Source: Sminthopsis crassicaudata
Taxonomy: Eukaryota
DNA length: 64,000 nt
Assembly (NCBI RefSeq): GCF_048593235.1
Contig: NC_133620.1
Span: forward strand, 442,585,261-442,649,260
Direction of reading: 5' to 3'
The notes under the pieces were generated by a model. That model did not search any database, had not been told where the DNA came from, and saw only the letters and a list, made by a program, of their open reading frames with translations. Numbering within the stretch: position 1 is the first letter of the stretch; every line of letters starts with the position of its first letter. Below are positions 36,114 to 48,799 of this stretch, piece by piece. The position numbers were made by a program, and so were the translations under genes.

Positions 36114-36241
36114 GTAATAATCAATGTTGATGTCTGCTCCTTTATCCATTTCCCATTTGGTTTAATTTCAGTTTCTACTTCCTTGTAGAACTTGCCATAT
36201 CCAGGAGCTTCCAAATTGATCCTTTAAGAATTAATGCTGTC

Positions 36242-37046
36242 ATTGTTGGTGGAGTTGTGAAAGAATCCAGCCATTCTGGAGAGCAATTTGGAACCATGCC
36301 CAAAAAGTTATCAAACTGTGCATACCCTTTGATCCAGCAGTGCTACTACTGGGCTTATATCCCAAAGAAGTACTAAAGAAGGGAAAGGGACCTGTATGTG
36401 CCAAAGTGTTTGTGGCAGCCCTTTTTGTAGTAGCTAGAAACTGGAAAGTGAATGGATGCCCATCAGTTGGAGAATGGTTGGGTAAATTATGCTATATGAA
36501 GGTTATGGAATATTATTGCTCTGTAAGAAATGACCAGCAGGATGAAAACAGAGAGGCTTGGAGAGACTTACATCAACTGATGCTGAGTGAAATGAGCAGA
36601 ACCAGGAGATCACTATACACTTCAACAACGATACTATATGAAGATATATTCGGATTGAAGTGGATATCTTCAACATAAAGAAGATCTAATTCAGTTCCAA
36701 TTGATCAATGATGGACAGAAACAGATACATTCAGAGAAGGAACACTGGGAATTGAGTGTAAAATGTCTGCACTATTGTCTTTCTACCCAGGTTACTTATA
36801 CCTTTGGAATCCAATTTTTACCGTGCAACAAGAAATTTGGTTTTACACACATATATTGTATCTAGGTTATACTGTAACACATTTAATATGTATGAAATTG
36901 CCTGTCATTTAGGGGAGGGAGTAGAGGAAGGGAGGGGAAAATTTGGAAAAATGAATACAAGGGATAATGTTGTAAAAAAAAAAAATACCCATGCATATGT
37001 ACTGTCAAAAAAATTTATAATTATAAAATTGATTAAAAAAAAAAAT
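36242..37046 (+). mobile_element. Young 5'-truncated L1 (ORF2 C-terminus + 3' UTR)
   Basis: attctggagagcaatttggaac..., ORF 36340-36678 is L1 ORF2 tail, A tail at 37035-37045, flanked by aattaatgctgtc. Confidence 0.92.
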
Positions 37047-37060
37047 AATTAATGCTGTCA

Positions 37061-37424
37061 GTAATGAACTGAACCAGCTACACCCAGCAAAAGAACTCTA
37101 CGAGATGATTATGAACCACTAAATAGAATTTCCAGTCCCTCTAATTTTGTCCGCCTGCATTTTGGATTTCCTTCACAGGTTAATTGTACATTATTTCAAA
37201 GTCCGATTCTTTTTGTACAGCAAAACAACTGCTTAGTCATGTATACATATATTGTATTTAATTTATACTCTAGCATATTTGACATGTATTGGTCAACCTG
37301 CCATCTGGGGTTGGGGGAGGAAGATAAAAAAATTGGAACAAGGGGTTTGGCAATTGTCAATGTTGTAAAATTACCCATGCATATATCTGGTAAATAAAAA
37401 TTATTAATTTAATAATTAAAAAAA
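37061..37424 (+). mobile_element. 5'-truncated L1 3' UTR, different subfamily
   Basis: gaaccagctacacccagcaaaagaac...taaataaaaattatt A tail; flanked by aattaatgctgtc. Confidence 0.88.
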
Positions 37425-37579
37425 AAGAATTAATGCTGTCTACGCATGAGGCTTCTATTTAGTCTGCAAGTTTCTGTCTTTTGTTTCTCAATCCTTTGCC
37501 ATAAATTTCACCATATTTTTCACCATCTTTCCAGTGCCCATTTCTGTATTGAAGTCATTGTGTATTAGAAGTATATGTT

Positions 37580-37711
37580 GGGGAAAGCTAGGTGGCGCAG
37601 TGCATAGAGCACTGGCCCTATGGCTCAGGAGGATGTGAGTTCAAATCCAATCTCAGATACTTAACACTTACTAGCTGTGTGACTTAGGCAAGTTAATTAA
37701 CCCCAATTGCC
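37580..37711 (+). mobile_element. WSINE1-like SINE
   Basis: gctaggtggcgcagtgcatagagcactggccc...gagttcaaatcc...taaccccaattgcct. Confidence 0.8.
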
Positions 37712-37769
37712 TAGAGGGAGAAGAGTATAAATTGATTTAATTTAGGGGGTTTATCAAGTTCTTTGGCAG

Positions 37770-37950
37770 CTGGGAGGGCCAGGCCTGGAGTCAGGAAGAT
37801 TCATCTTCCTGAATTCAGACACTAGTTTGTGATCCTGGGCAAGTCACTTAACCCTGTTTGCTTCAGTTATCTCTTTTCTACAGATGGCAAATTACCAAGA
37901 AAACCTCAAATGGAGTCATGAAGAGTCTGACACTTCTGAAATGACTAAAC
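37770..37950 (+). mobile_element. MAR1-type SINE fragment
   Basis: ctggagtcaggaaga...aagaaaacctcaaatggagtcatgaagagtctgacac. Confidence 0.7.
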
Positions 37951-39309
37951 AGCACTAAGTCCTACACAAATTCAAAGAATTAAGGTATGTTGATGGTCAT
38001 CTACTCTAGCCAAGACCCAAAAAGTCAACTTGTCAACATAGACAAGTGGTCATCCATTTTCTTCTTGAACACCTTCACTGAGAAGGGACTCAAACCATGG
38101 GGAGCACAAACCATGGGGAATTGGAAGTCGAAGAATCCAAGTATTGCAGCCTGTTCAGCAGAAAAGCTCTAGAGATCTAGGGATTCGTAGCTCAAGCCTA
38201 GCATAAGCCAAAACTCATGCCAACTTGGACACGAACTTGACAGAATATATGTTATATAGGAAAGTTAAACTCTGAGCCTGATCTACTCCTCAGCCTGGGG
38301 ACACAGGAGATAAAGAAGGGATTATGTCCCATGGAGTTGGAGGAAATATTTGTACATTTCATATGCCATTGTAAAAGATAATCTGTTAAATGAAGCTGCA
38401 GTATTAGTCACTAGGCCCTTCAAAAAAAGAAGAGGGGGGGAGGAAACAGCTAGTAAATAGCCAATAATAGAGGAAAAAGAATTCTCCACTACTTCAGGGT
38501 AACAGAGAAGCCCATGGAAAGCAAAATACAAAATAGTATTGCCCCTAAGAGACGAGGGCCAGAGTCAACTGTGTTTTACTGGCAATGTCAACACAAAAAG
38601 AGGTCCAAGGGCCTTTTTGTATTTTTGTGGTTTGTTTCATGGGCTGCCATGACCAAAACATTCATCACCTTAATTTTAGCTTACAGGTGCTGAGGTGGTT
38701 CATACCTAACTATGCTGGTCCTCAGAAAATAAGCAATCTACTCACAGTGAAAAAGGAACCTCATGAACAAAAATATTTACAGCGGCTCTTTTTGAAGTGG
38801 CAAGTAACAGAAACCAAAGAAAGGCACATCAGTTGGGGGCTGTGAGCCATAGGTAAAACCATTTAAGGAAAATGCCCCAATTAAGCATTTCTTCATTTCT
38901 CTTTGGGATCCACTTCTAACTTATCTAGTCCTATCTACCATGCTTCATGTGTGTTGCTATATCCCTGCTTGTGGTTGTTGGGATTAATGTGGTGGGGTTT
39001 ATTGAATTACTGTATCACTGTATTTTTGAGCTGTTGGTGGAAGGGAATATGGTGAAGCTGGATGCATAGATAATTCATATATAGAAGAATAGGTTCAGTA
39101 GGGCTGAAAGGGCTATTCTTTCTAGATTTGTTTTTAGTGTGTCATCTTCCTTTATTCTCCTTCACATAAAGTACTTGAAAGTAAGTAGTATTTTTCTTTT
39201 TGCTTGTATTTGTATTCCCAGAAATTAGCACCCTGCTCAATAAGCAATAAATGCTTAATAATTGCTTTTCAACTTGGCTTAATTGGCTTTAGGGAAATGG
39301 CTGAACAAT

Positions 39310-39630
39310 TTATGGTATGTGAACGTAGTAGAATACTATGCTGCCATAAGAAATGATGAAAGGGATAGTTAGAGAGACCTAGAAGAGTTGGATGAGCTGA
39401 TACATAGTGAAATGAGAAGAACCAGAATGATTTCTACAACAACTTTGTAAAGAAAAACAACGCTGAAAACTTAAGAACTTTGATTAATTTAAAGAGCAGC
39501 CATGATTCCAGAGGCCTGATGATGAACCATGGCCTTTACTTCATAACAGAGAGGTGATAGAATCAAGATGTAGAAGGAGACACATATTTTGGACATGGCT
39601 GAGAATTTATTTTGCTTGAGTATGTGTTAA
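39310..39630 (+). mobile_element. Old L1 fragment
   Basis: gaatactatgctgccataagaaatgatgaa...agtgaaatgagaagaaccag. Confidence 0.7.
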
Positions 39631-39639
39631 GGGAGAGGT

Positions 39640-39925
39640 CAATTCTCCAAGAGCCTCCACAGTTGTGGATCATAACATCTGAAGGAGTTGCAAGGAAGCT
39701 TTTGCTGACACAGGTGTTGCGGACTGGGAATGAGATAAACTGGAAGCAGAGAGGAGCAAAGAGGTCAGAGAACACAATGGCCTCTCAGTCAGAGAGATCA
39801 CAGAACAGCAACTGCCTCTCAGTCTCCTTGTATCATCCTCTCACAAGAGGAGATCCATTCTGCAGGTCTGGGTTGGATCTCCGGCAGTCACTGTGGCTCC
39901 TGTATATTCCAATAACTATGCACAT
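39640..39925. mobile_element. Probable LTR fragment
   Basis: cctctcagtc repeats, tatcatcctctcacaagaggagatccatt resemble marsupial ERV LTR sequence as I recall it; not classified. Confidence 0.4.
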
Positions 39926-40149
39926 TTATTATAAGAGTTTTCTTTTTCTTTTTCTCTCCCAAGAAGTATAAGGATATTGAAATCAGAGTTAAAAAAAAGT
40001 AAAGGAAAATCTGTTTCCAGGACAATATTTGAAGTCTTTTCGTCACAGTAGAACCTATTTATCTTTTGCTGCCACAGCCTTCAAAGGTAGAACTAATACA
40101 TATATAAGCAAAGGGTTAAAAAACTACCAGAATTTTTAGGATTGGAGGG

Positions 40150-41240
40150 GCCTATCTAATTCAAGTGTACCTAAAAGAATTCCCAACTATGGCATTCATG
40201 CAAATAGTCATCTAACCTTTGCTTCAAGACATTCAATGAGAGGAAACCCACAATTCTCAAGGTGGCCCATCCTACTTTTAGACAGCTTGAACTGTTAGGA
40301 AGTTTTTCCTGATATCGAGTCTAAATTTACTTCCTTGCAACTTCTACTTATTGCTCCTGCATCTGGGATCAGGACCATGGTTCTTTTGCTCTGAATCAAA
40401 CAGAACAAATATTTCTTTCTCTCACGAGAACCCTTTAAATATCTGAATTTTGTTGCCCTCAGTTGCCCCCCCATATAAATGGTCTTCTCTAGGCTGAACT
40501 TTCCCAGTTCACCTAACTAGTCTTCAAATGACATAAACCCCAAGTCTTTCACTGTCATGGCTTCCTTGCTCTGGGTCTTCTCCAAGATGCTAGTGGCTTT
40601 TTAGCAGGTACATCATATTGCTAACTCATGTTAAGCTTGTCAACCACTAAACTGCCTAGATCTTTTCGCCTTCCCTCATCCCCTGAAAAAATGCTTTCCA
40701 ACCTTGCCTCCCCTATTTTGTACATGAAAAGTGAATTTTTTGAAACCATGTTTAAGACCTTATATCTATCCCTACTGAATTCCTTTTTTTGAGATTCAAT
40801 CCAATACTCTAGCCTATTTTTTTTTCCTCCCCAGATCTAGGTTCTGTCATCCAATATGTCAGATGACCCTTAGCTCTGTTAACTGCCTATATGAAGAACA
40901 AAACCACATAGCTCTTAAAGTCACCAATACAAAAGTTAAATAGCACAGGCCAAGTATAGATCCCAGAGGAACTCTACAGTAGACCTGCTGCCAGGCTGAC
41001 ATTGAACTATTAATGATTATTCTTTATGATTAGTTATTTCAACCATTTCCAAATGTATCTCTTGGTATTATGGTCTAGGTGATACTTCTCCATGTATTCC
41101 ACAAAAATAGTGAGAGATACTGTTATCAAATGCTTTTCTAAAATCTAGGTCAACTCTCTGTAGCAATCTCCTGAGCAATCAGCTTAGTAACCAAATTGAG
41201 TCTGGCAAGATCTGCTCTTGATGAAGCTAGGCTGGTTTTT
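40150..41240 (-). mobile_element. CR1/L3 LINE fragment
   Basis: ttaggaagtttttcctg, gctgacattgaact, tctgctcttgatgaagctaggctgg (antisense L3); limits approximate. Confidence 0.7.
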
Positions 41241-41449
41241 GTAATCATCATAACAATTCCATAAGCACAATACAGGGAACTTGAGGGTTCCTAACACTAT
41301 GAAAAGCTCTGGGGAACTTAGTAAACTAAATTTCACAGTATTGTAGGGTAACCAAAAACCTAGTCCAGTCTTAAGGGAAGCTCACTGTTCTCTTCACAAC
41401 ATCTATTCTTTCTGCTTTACTTCCTTACTTCTCAATTCTTTAAAACCAG

Positions 41450-42370
41450 GCCTTCTACAACTCAACTAAAAATGCTCTTCAAGTTACTAATCGCCTTTTA
41501 AGTTCTAAATCATATTGCTCTCATCCTTCATGACCTCTGAAACTTCTGACACATTTTCTTGGCTGCTCTTGCTTAATATTCTTTCCTTCCTTGGTTTCCA
41601 TGACACTGATCTCCCCTAACTCTTTTCCTACTGCTCCTTTTTTTCTCTTTATTGGTTCATGATCTATCTACCTCCCATTCCTTAACCATGGGTGTGAAGG
41701 CTCTATCTTGGGCACTCTTCTTAATCTATACTTTATTTCTTGGTGATCTCAGGATGATTCAGTGTATAATCTCTAGGCAGTTGACTGTCAAATGAGTCAG
41801 CTCTAAAAGATCTCCTAAACTTTAGTTCCATATTGCCAGCTGCTTGTCGTACATCTCAACCTGAGTGTCCAATCAATATTTAAAATTTCATATTCCCCAA
41901 ACTCATCTTCTTCCCTAAATCTAGCTTTCTTCTCAACTTCCCTATTTTTCTTGAGAGCAACACCATTTTTCTGGTCATACAGATTGGCAATCTTGGAGTT
42001 ATTTCCTGATTCTCCCTTTTTCTTTACTCCTAATAGTCAAACAGTTAAAGTTTTACAGATTCTACCTCCATAATTTCTCATATCTATCCTCTTCCTTACA
42101 CTCTCATAGCTACTGGTTTCTAGCTCAGTCCATTATTACTTCTCACTGGGACTATTAGAATAATCTCCTAAATCACAATGCTTCCAATATTTCCCCCCTC
42201 CAATCAGTTGTTGATAGAGAATAATCTTCCTTACACACAGGTGTTGCTATATTGCTCAAGTCTCCAATATATTTTGATTGCCTCTAGGATAAAATTAAAA
42301 ACTCTACTCTACAGCTTGGTTCTTATGGCTCTCTACAATCTGCCCCCTACCTACCATTCCTGCCTTATAA
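41450..42370 (+). mobile_element. LINE2 fragment
   Basis: aaaatgctcttcaagttactaa, ttggtttccatgacact, gcctctaggataaaattaaaa. Confidence 0.72.
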
Positions 42371-42889
42371 TATTTCCTTTCTATTTCCTAGAGATTTTTG
42401 TGGCTCCTGAGAATATAAGAGAATCAAATGAAAGGAATGATCACAAATGATGAGGCCCACATGCAGAGAATGTGTGTAGGAACAACTTAAAGAGTTCCAG
42501 GGCTCTTAATGACGATGTCTTCTCATGATTTCCCCAGAGAGACTTCTTACTGGGCAAAATTTTTTGGCAAAGAACATGGTACTTTTGGGCTCACTGAGTT
42601 TGATCTCTGTGAGAAATAGCACTCTAGCAGCTGACTGCAGTCTACCCTTACTCCAACTTCTGGTTCAAATGAAATGCTTGATGAAGGTACCTACATGCTT
42701 TTTCAAAAAGAACCAGAACCCTTTTTTCCTAGGATGAGCAATAATCTCTCCAATCAATTCTCTCTGCATGATCTTGGCTCTAAGGCTTTCCCACTTTCCA
42801 TCAACTCCAAGTTCCACTCTCTTCAGCTCTTTCTGTACAAAAGGCTGTGGCATTTGAAACAAATTCCTTGAATTATCAGGTCAGGACAC

Positions 42890-43550
42890 AAGGGAGAGAG
42901 GGAGACAGAGAGAGGAAAGAAAAAACACAGAGAGAGAGAGGAGAGATAGAGACAAGAGAAAAAAAAACAGAGAAAGGGGGAGAAACAGAGAGGGGGNNNN
43001 NNNNNNNNNNNNNNNNNNNNNNNNNNNNNNNNNNNNNNNNNNNNNNNNNNNNNNNNNNNNNNNNNNNNNNNNNNNNNNNNNNNNNNNNNNNNNNNNNNNN
43101 NNNNNNNNNNNNNNNNNNNNNNNNNNNNNNNNNNNNNNNNNNNNNNNNNNNNNNNNNNNNNNNNNNNNNNNNNNNNNNNNNNNNNNNNNNNNNNNNNNNN
43201 NNNNNNNNNNNNNNNNNNNNNNNNNNNNNNNNNNNNNNNNNNNNNNNNNNNNNNNNNNNNNNNNNNNNNNNNNNNNNNNNNNNNNNNNNNNNNNNNNNNN
43301 NNNNNNNNNNNNNNNNNNNNNNNNNNNNNNNNNNNNNNNNNNNNNNNNNNNNNNGAGAGGGAGGGAGGAGACATAGAAAGACAATAAACAGACAGAAAGA
43401 GAAGGAAGGAGAAGGAAGAGAGGAGAAATAGAGACAGACACAGAGAAACAGAAAGAGGGAGAGAGGGAGGAGAGATACAGACAGACAGAGAAATAGAGGG
43501 AGGAAAGAAGAGAGGGAGGGAAGGAGGCAGTGAGAGAAGGGGGGGGAGGA
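42890..43550. repeat. GA-rich low-complexity tract spanning an assembly gap
   Basis: (GA/GAGACA)n flanking N run 42997-43354. Confidence 0.9.
42997..43354. other. Assembly gap
   Basis: N run. Confidence 1.
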
Positions 43551-44010
43551 GAGTGTACCTGTGTTACCTCCTCAGAATTCCACAGTGACAGTCAAGACTT
43601 TATCCACTGAACCACACTCTTGCTTCTAAGACATGAGACTTGTTTAGCTTGCCCTACAGAAAACCTCTTGAGAGTTAGAGTTGAAAATTTTAGAAAGGCA
43701 GGTGTGCCCTCCATCTGAGGAAAGGCTTTCTAACAACCAAAGCATCATAAGGAATGGCTGAGGAGGCAATGATTTCACTCTCATTGGACCTTTTCAATGA
43801 TGGGTACAGATGAGTATTATCAATGATGTAGAAAAGGAAGATCAACAGGAGAGTGGGTTTCCTGGAAAGATGGGACTGGGATTGGGCTATATACAGAATG
43901 AAAAGAGCATTTCACATAGTGAAACTTATGAGGAGTGAATGCATGGTTGGACACTGGGGAAGGGGGCAGATAATTCTGAAGCTGAAAAGGACTTCAGAGA
44001 TCATTTAGAT

Positions 44011-44195
44011 CAGGGCTTCTTAAACTTTTTCCACTCTTGGCCCCTTTTCACCTGAGAAACTTTTATGTGACCGAGTATAAAGGGTTGTAAAATAGGTATA
44101 CAAATCAAACATTTACTGATAATAAATCATAATTTCACAACCCCCACATTCAGCTTTGAGAATGAGGGGTCTTGACTACAGTTTAAGAAGCTGAA
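44011..44195. mobile_element. hAT/Charlie-type MITE
   Basis: Left TIR cagggcttcttaaact, right agtttaagaagctg; 8-bp TSD atttagat (44003-44010)/atctagat (44196-44203). Confidence 0.8.
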
Positions 44196-44240
44196 ATCTA
44201 GATCACAATTTCCCAACCTAATTTATCTCTGGAACCTTAC

Positions 44241-44382
44241 NNNNNNNNNNNNNNNNNNNNNNNNNNNNNNNNNNNNNNNNNNNNNNNNNNNNNNNNNNNN
44301 NNNNNNNNNNNNNNNNNNNNNNNNNNNNNNNNNNNNNNNNNNNNNNNNNNNNNNNNNNNNNNNNNNNNNNNNNNNNNNNNNN
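44241..44382. other. Assembly gap
   Basis: N run. Confidence 1.
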
Positions 44383-45589
44383 TCTCAGAGTATAAAACAC
44401 CTACAGAATAAAAAGTTGAGGAAATCTGGGAGCAAAATAGATTGGGAACAAGGAATATGGTTTGTGTGCTAAACCAAAAGTACATGTAAAAGTAGTACAA
44501 CATTTAGGTGTTATGGCAAGATGGAGATGAGAGGGTGAGACAGTGGGAAGAGAAAAAAGATGGTATCACGAATGCTGTGAGGATAGCTATCCAACTCAGG
44601 GGATGGAATAGGAAGAGCTGACATAGTTGCAGCAAGGTGGAACAAGGTTTAAGGTGAATGGAGAATGATCTGTGGAGTGCGGGGGATAAAAGTTGTGGTC
44701 AGCATGCAAGAGTACCCCTGACAGCTTTCAAAAGCATCAATATTTTTTTCATCAAATCCCTATGCTTATTACAAGGAAAAGTTTTGAGAAATGCTGATGT
44801 AGCCTAGGTCCTTTATTTTAAGGAGAAAACTAAGCCCAGAAGCTAACTGGTTTCCCAAAAGTCATACAGTGAATTGGTTTATAATGGATAGAATGCTGGC
44901 TTTAGATTGCACCAGATTAGAGTGCAAATCCTGCCTCTAACATTTGCTGTATAGAAAAAACTCTACACTGAAGTGTAGTTTCCTCATTTGCAAAAAAGGA
45001 ATAATTACAGGATTGTTACAAGAATCAAAACCATCTCTCTAAAGTACTTTGCAAATCTTAAAACACTCATAAAAGTTTAGCTATTGTGATTCAATGGGAA
45101 AATGCTAGCTTTGGATTCAAAGGCCACCATTTCCTACTTTTGAGACCGTGGGCAGGTCCTGGTCTCTCTGATCTCATTTCCTCAGCTATAAAATGAGGGG
45201 ATTGGGCGAGAAGACCTCTAAGCTGGAAACACATCTTCTAGTTCTAAATATATGATCTCATAATTCCATTACTAGGTGCACAGTCAAAGCTACACAGAAG
45301 AAATGGTGGTCATGTGTTAGTTAGGGAATACTGGGAGACTGAACTTACTTTATTATAGAACTTTAATTCTTCACAACCATGAAACAGATGATACAAGTAT
45401 CACCATGTTCATTTCACAGATACATAAACAGAGGTTTTAACTAAGTAGCAACTACATACCTAGAAAATGTTGAACTCCAACCCAAGCCCCGCTTCCAATG
45501 CTGTATTCACTAAACTATAGTGGTTCTTACATATAAGAGTTACAATGAAGTTACTAACACCATGTTCCATGTACATGGTACTTTGTAGT

Positions 45590-45811
45590 TTGTTGTTTAG
45601 TTGTTTTAGGTATCTGGTTTTCACGACACGACTCCACTGGGGTTTCCTTGGCAAAGCTACTACAGTGCTTTTGTCATTTCCTTCTCTAGCTCATTGACAG
45701 ATGAGGCTGAACCAAAGAGATGAGTGACTTGCCCAGGGTCACAGCTTTACATTCAGGAAGATGTCTTGACTCCAGGCCCAACACTCCATCCATTGCATCA
45801 TCTAGCTGCCC
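45590..45811 (-). mobile_element. MAR1-type SINE
   Basis: ggggtttccttggcaaag...catttccttctctagctcatt...gtgacttgcccagggtcacag...catcatctagctgccc. Confidence 0.78.
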
Positions 45812-46975
45812 TTTTGTAGTCTACAAAGCCATTTGACATAGGAAAAGAGTGAGAGCTAGTTTTCTGCTCCTTCTTCCCTATCCCTCTAGTCCAGAATGTA
45901 ATCAGTAAAAATAATGAGTGGATACAGAGAACAAGATTTTATATGTTTCTTACTAGTGATGCATATAAGCCCTCTCATTCTTTTACAAAGTATGAAAAAA
46001 CTGAGTTGAAAGAGGAATTTAGCCATTAGTTGGGAAATAGTGTAAATAGCCCCAGTGGCCCTTAAAAAATAAGGTTGACAATTTTTTAGTCACTACAAGA
46101 AGGAACCAGCAGTTGAAGATCTCGGCCCCTGAGAGAAAGAAGAGATTTTTCTTTCTTCCTCTTTACCCCATTTGTCATAGTGCTTTGAAGTGGATCTACG
46201 GGCCAGTGACAGACACTTCATCAAGCAGAAAGCAGCAGTCATCAGTCAGAGAGCTCAAGGCACAGTTGAGATGTGTCTAATAGGGATTAGACATCCATTG
46301 TCTATGGAGACATAGAGGCAGCATTCCAGGCTGGAAACAGCTTCAAGAAGTGTGACCTCTGGCAGCAAAGAGAGCCTATTATTGACCTGGGAACTAGTCC
46401 TGTTGACTACTGAACTGCAGAAAGAAAGATGGACCGGGAGGCAGCTGCCCAGAGACGACGCCTCCACATGGCAGCAACAGAACAAGGAAGGCCTTGAGGT
46501 GCCTGAGCAATGAGTTGCCTTGGCCACAAGCGCTACCTATGTGTGTGCACGCCTATCACTGTATCCTAAGCTTGCCCCCACTCTCCTGGGACTGACTATT
46601 AGGGAAAGAGTACACTTAGGTTTGTGGAGCTCATTTTTCCCATCCCACTCTAAGCCAGTTGTTTCTACTGGCTAACTGTTAAGGGCAAGTTCACTATGGG
46701 GCACTTGTGAACTAGTCATGGCAGGAATGCAGACCCAGAGGGTACCCCATGACCTGACAGTAATGACCAGCCACTGGGGATCCACCCCACAATTCAAGGA
46801 TAAATTAGAAGATGAAGGGGCACTATGCACAGATTATTCACACGGGTTCTTTGGTTTGCACCTCACCAGCATCCTAGGAGATAGGCAGGGCCTTCTTAGA
46901 GTAACATAAAAAAGAAAAGCTATCATATGAACAGTTAGAAGACTATAGCAGTGGTCCAGGTGTGAGATAGTAAGG

Positions 46976-47274
46976 TGTAAAGGGCTGAAACTCTGAGCAG
47001 ATGCACTTGGACAACCTAGCACTTGAGGCTAGTTACCAATTGGACAATTCTCTATTAACATATGCTTGGAGGATGAGCCTACTCAAATCTGTGCCGGCTG
47101 GATCTGTGGGTTTGGATAGGCAGGATCATTCTTTGGTGGTGGAGGAAAGAAAGGAGGTGTGGAGATTCCTAGATCTAATCTCCTGACTGTGACCCCCAAA
47201 GACCAAGAATAAAGACTTTTGCTTATCCTGACTCTGGCTGATTCTAAGATATCCAGGATACTAAGGCAGTCACA
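46976..47274 (+). mobile_element. ERV solo LTR (299 bp)
   Basis: TGTAA...CACA termini, internal AATAAA near 3' end, flanked by atagtaagg direct repeats, inserted in an L2-like segment. Confidence 0.8.
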
Positions 47275-47411
47275 ATAGTAAGGAGTCACATCAAGTAGAA
47301 GGGGAAAGGGATGTTTTGAAAGAAAAATGGATGTGCTGAAAGTTTGATCTGTAAGGGAAAAATCAGAATCAGAAAATAGGGAGGCAAAGTCTTTCTTAAA
47401 CTCCTATAATA

Positions 47412-47560
47412 GGGCAGCTAGGTAGGTGCAGTGGACAGAGCACCAGCCCTAAAGTCAGGAGGACCTGAGTTCAAATTTGACCTCAGATACTTGATACTTC
47501 TTGTCTGTGTGACTCTGGGCAAGCCACTAAATCCCAGTTGCCTCAGAAAAACAAAGAAAC
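47412..47560 (+). mobile_element. WSINE1-like SINE with TSD
   Basis: gggcagctagg...gagttcaaatttgacctcagatac; TSD ctcctataa at 47401-47409 and 47561-47569. Confidence 0.87.
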
Positions 47561-48799
47561 CTCCTATAACACCTATATTCTGAAACACACTACCAAAAAT
47601 CCTTGGTTATCTAAAACCATAAAAAAAAATCTGTGTTTCTATGGCCCGTTTTTTCAAATTACAAAATTTATTCTTTTAAACCTTAGAACTTGTGAAAGAT
47701 ACAGGGAATGTTTAGAAAAGGGAATGGGAAAGAACAGGAACATACATAATTGTCTCCAGGTATTTGGATTAAATACAAACCGTGGAAGACCCTGAGGGCC
47801 CAGCTTGTAGGCCCTCTACACTGCAGCTCCAGGCGTTTCCCACCTTATTCCTCTTCCTAGACTCTTAAGTCAAGACAAACTAGACTGCCAGCTGTTTCCC
47901 AAACCCGACACAGCTGCCTCCACCCACCCCCCTAGCTGTGGGCACACTCCTCCTCCTGCTTTTTAGACATCTCCTCCCTTCTCAGACTCAGCCCAGGGAG
48001 GCTGTCACCCAGTGCTCTGAGGGCACTTTGCCTGTTCTCTCCTAAATCTATGTGGTACTTACCTGGCTACATCCCTCCATCCCCAGCAGAATGTTATCTG
48101 GAGGCAGGGAGAGAGACTTTGTAGTCCCAGCACTTTAGGCTAAGTGGGCGTGGAACAGCTGGGTCTCTGAGGCTCCCGGGATGGCTTGTGTTTCTCAGTA
48201 TCATGCTGACATCTGCTGACCGCCTGTGGTCTTACACCCACAGCTCAGATAGCTGCCTTCACCGCTCCACAGAACAAGGAAGCCCAGCTTCCTAATGCTG
48301 AGGGCCCTAGGTGCCCACCCTCTGTCCCACGTACCTTGCTCTCGGCAGGCAGCATGTCAGAAGCGGGATCCGGGCTAGGCTGGACCCCACTAGGCAGTGG
48401 CCACACCCTCCTTTCCATGAGTCCCTTAAAGGATTATGGGTCAGAAGGAAGCTGACACACCTGGCTCGTTTTCTGAACCTTCCCTACATCTTGACTGCTC
48501 ACCTGTTTGGATATGGCTAGCCCTCCTTGACGAGGAACCCCCACCTCCTAAAGCAGAACACCAGAAATAGAGATGGAGACCAAGGCGGGAAAGGATGAGA
48601 CACACAGAAAGAGACCAAGACCATCTAGATACCTCAGAAACAGGAGTCAGGGCTTTGGCTTTTCCCCCCAAGTTGCTGCTGATTTTCTCCTTTGTCATGG
48701 GCAGGGGCTCTAGTCCTTGGAGTCCCAGCCCTTGTGTCTGCCCATGTGGGGGGTGGAGGAAGGAGAGAGAAGAGGGAAGAGGGAAGGAGGGTGGGGCCG

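Larger units (their letters stand above)
33130..37560 (-). mobile_element. Fragmented RTE-clade LINE interrupted by L1 insertions, a SINE piece and gaps
   Basis: Minus-strand decayed RT peptides (EQEGFQKxYSTDHIF; VPNVS*GCRN for VPDVLxEEVE; GKL..I..F for AFGKL..TFND); limits approximate. Confidence 0.65.

Noticed and set aside
36340-36678. 112-aa ORF as a host gene
   Set aside because: C-terminal remnant of L1 ORF2.
42525-42871. Overlapping 65-70 aa ORFs that look protein-like
   Set aside because: No recognisable family, no consistent frame or splice signals; would need blastx to revive.
33047-44503. ORFs containing X runs (e.g. 33047-33619, 34177-34743, 42823-43441, 44218-44503)
   Set aside because: Artefacts of translating through N gaps.
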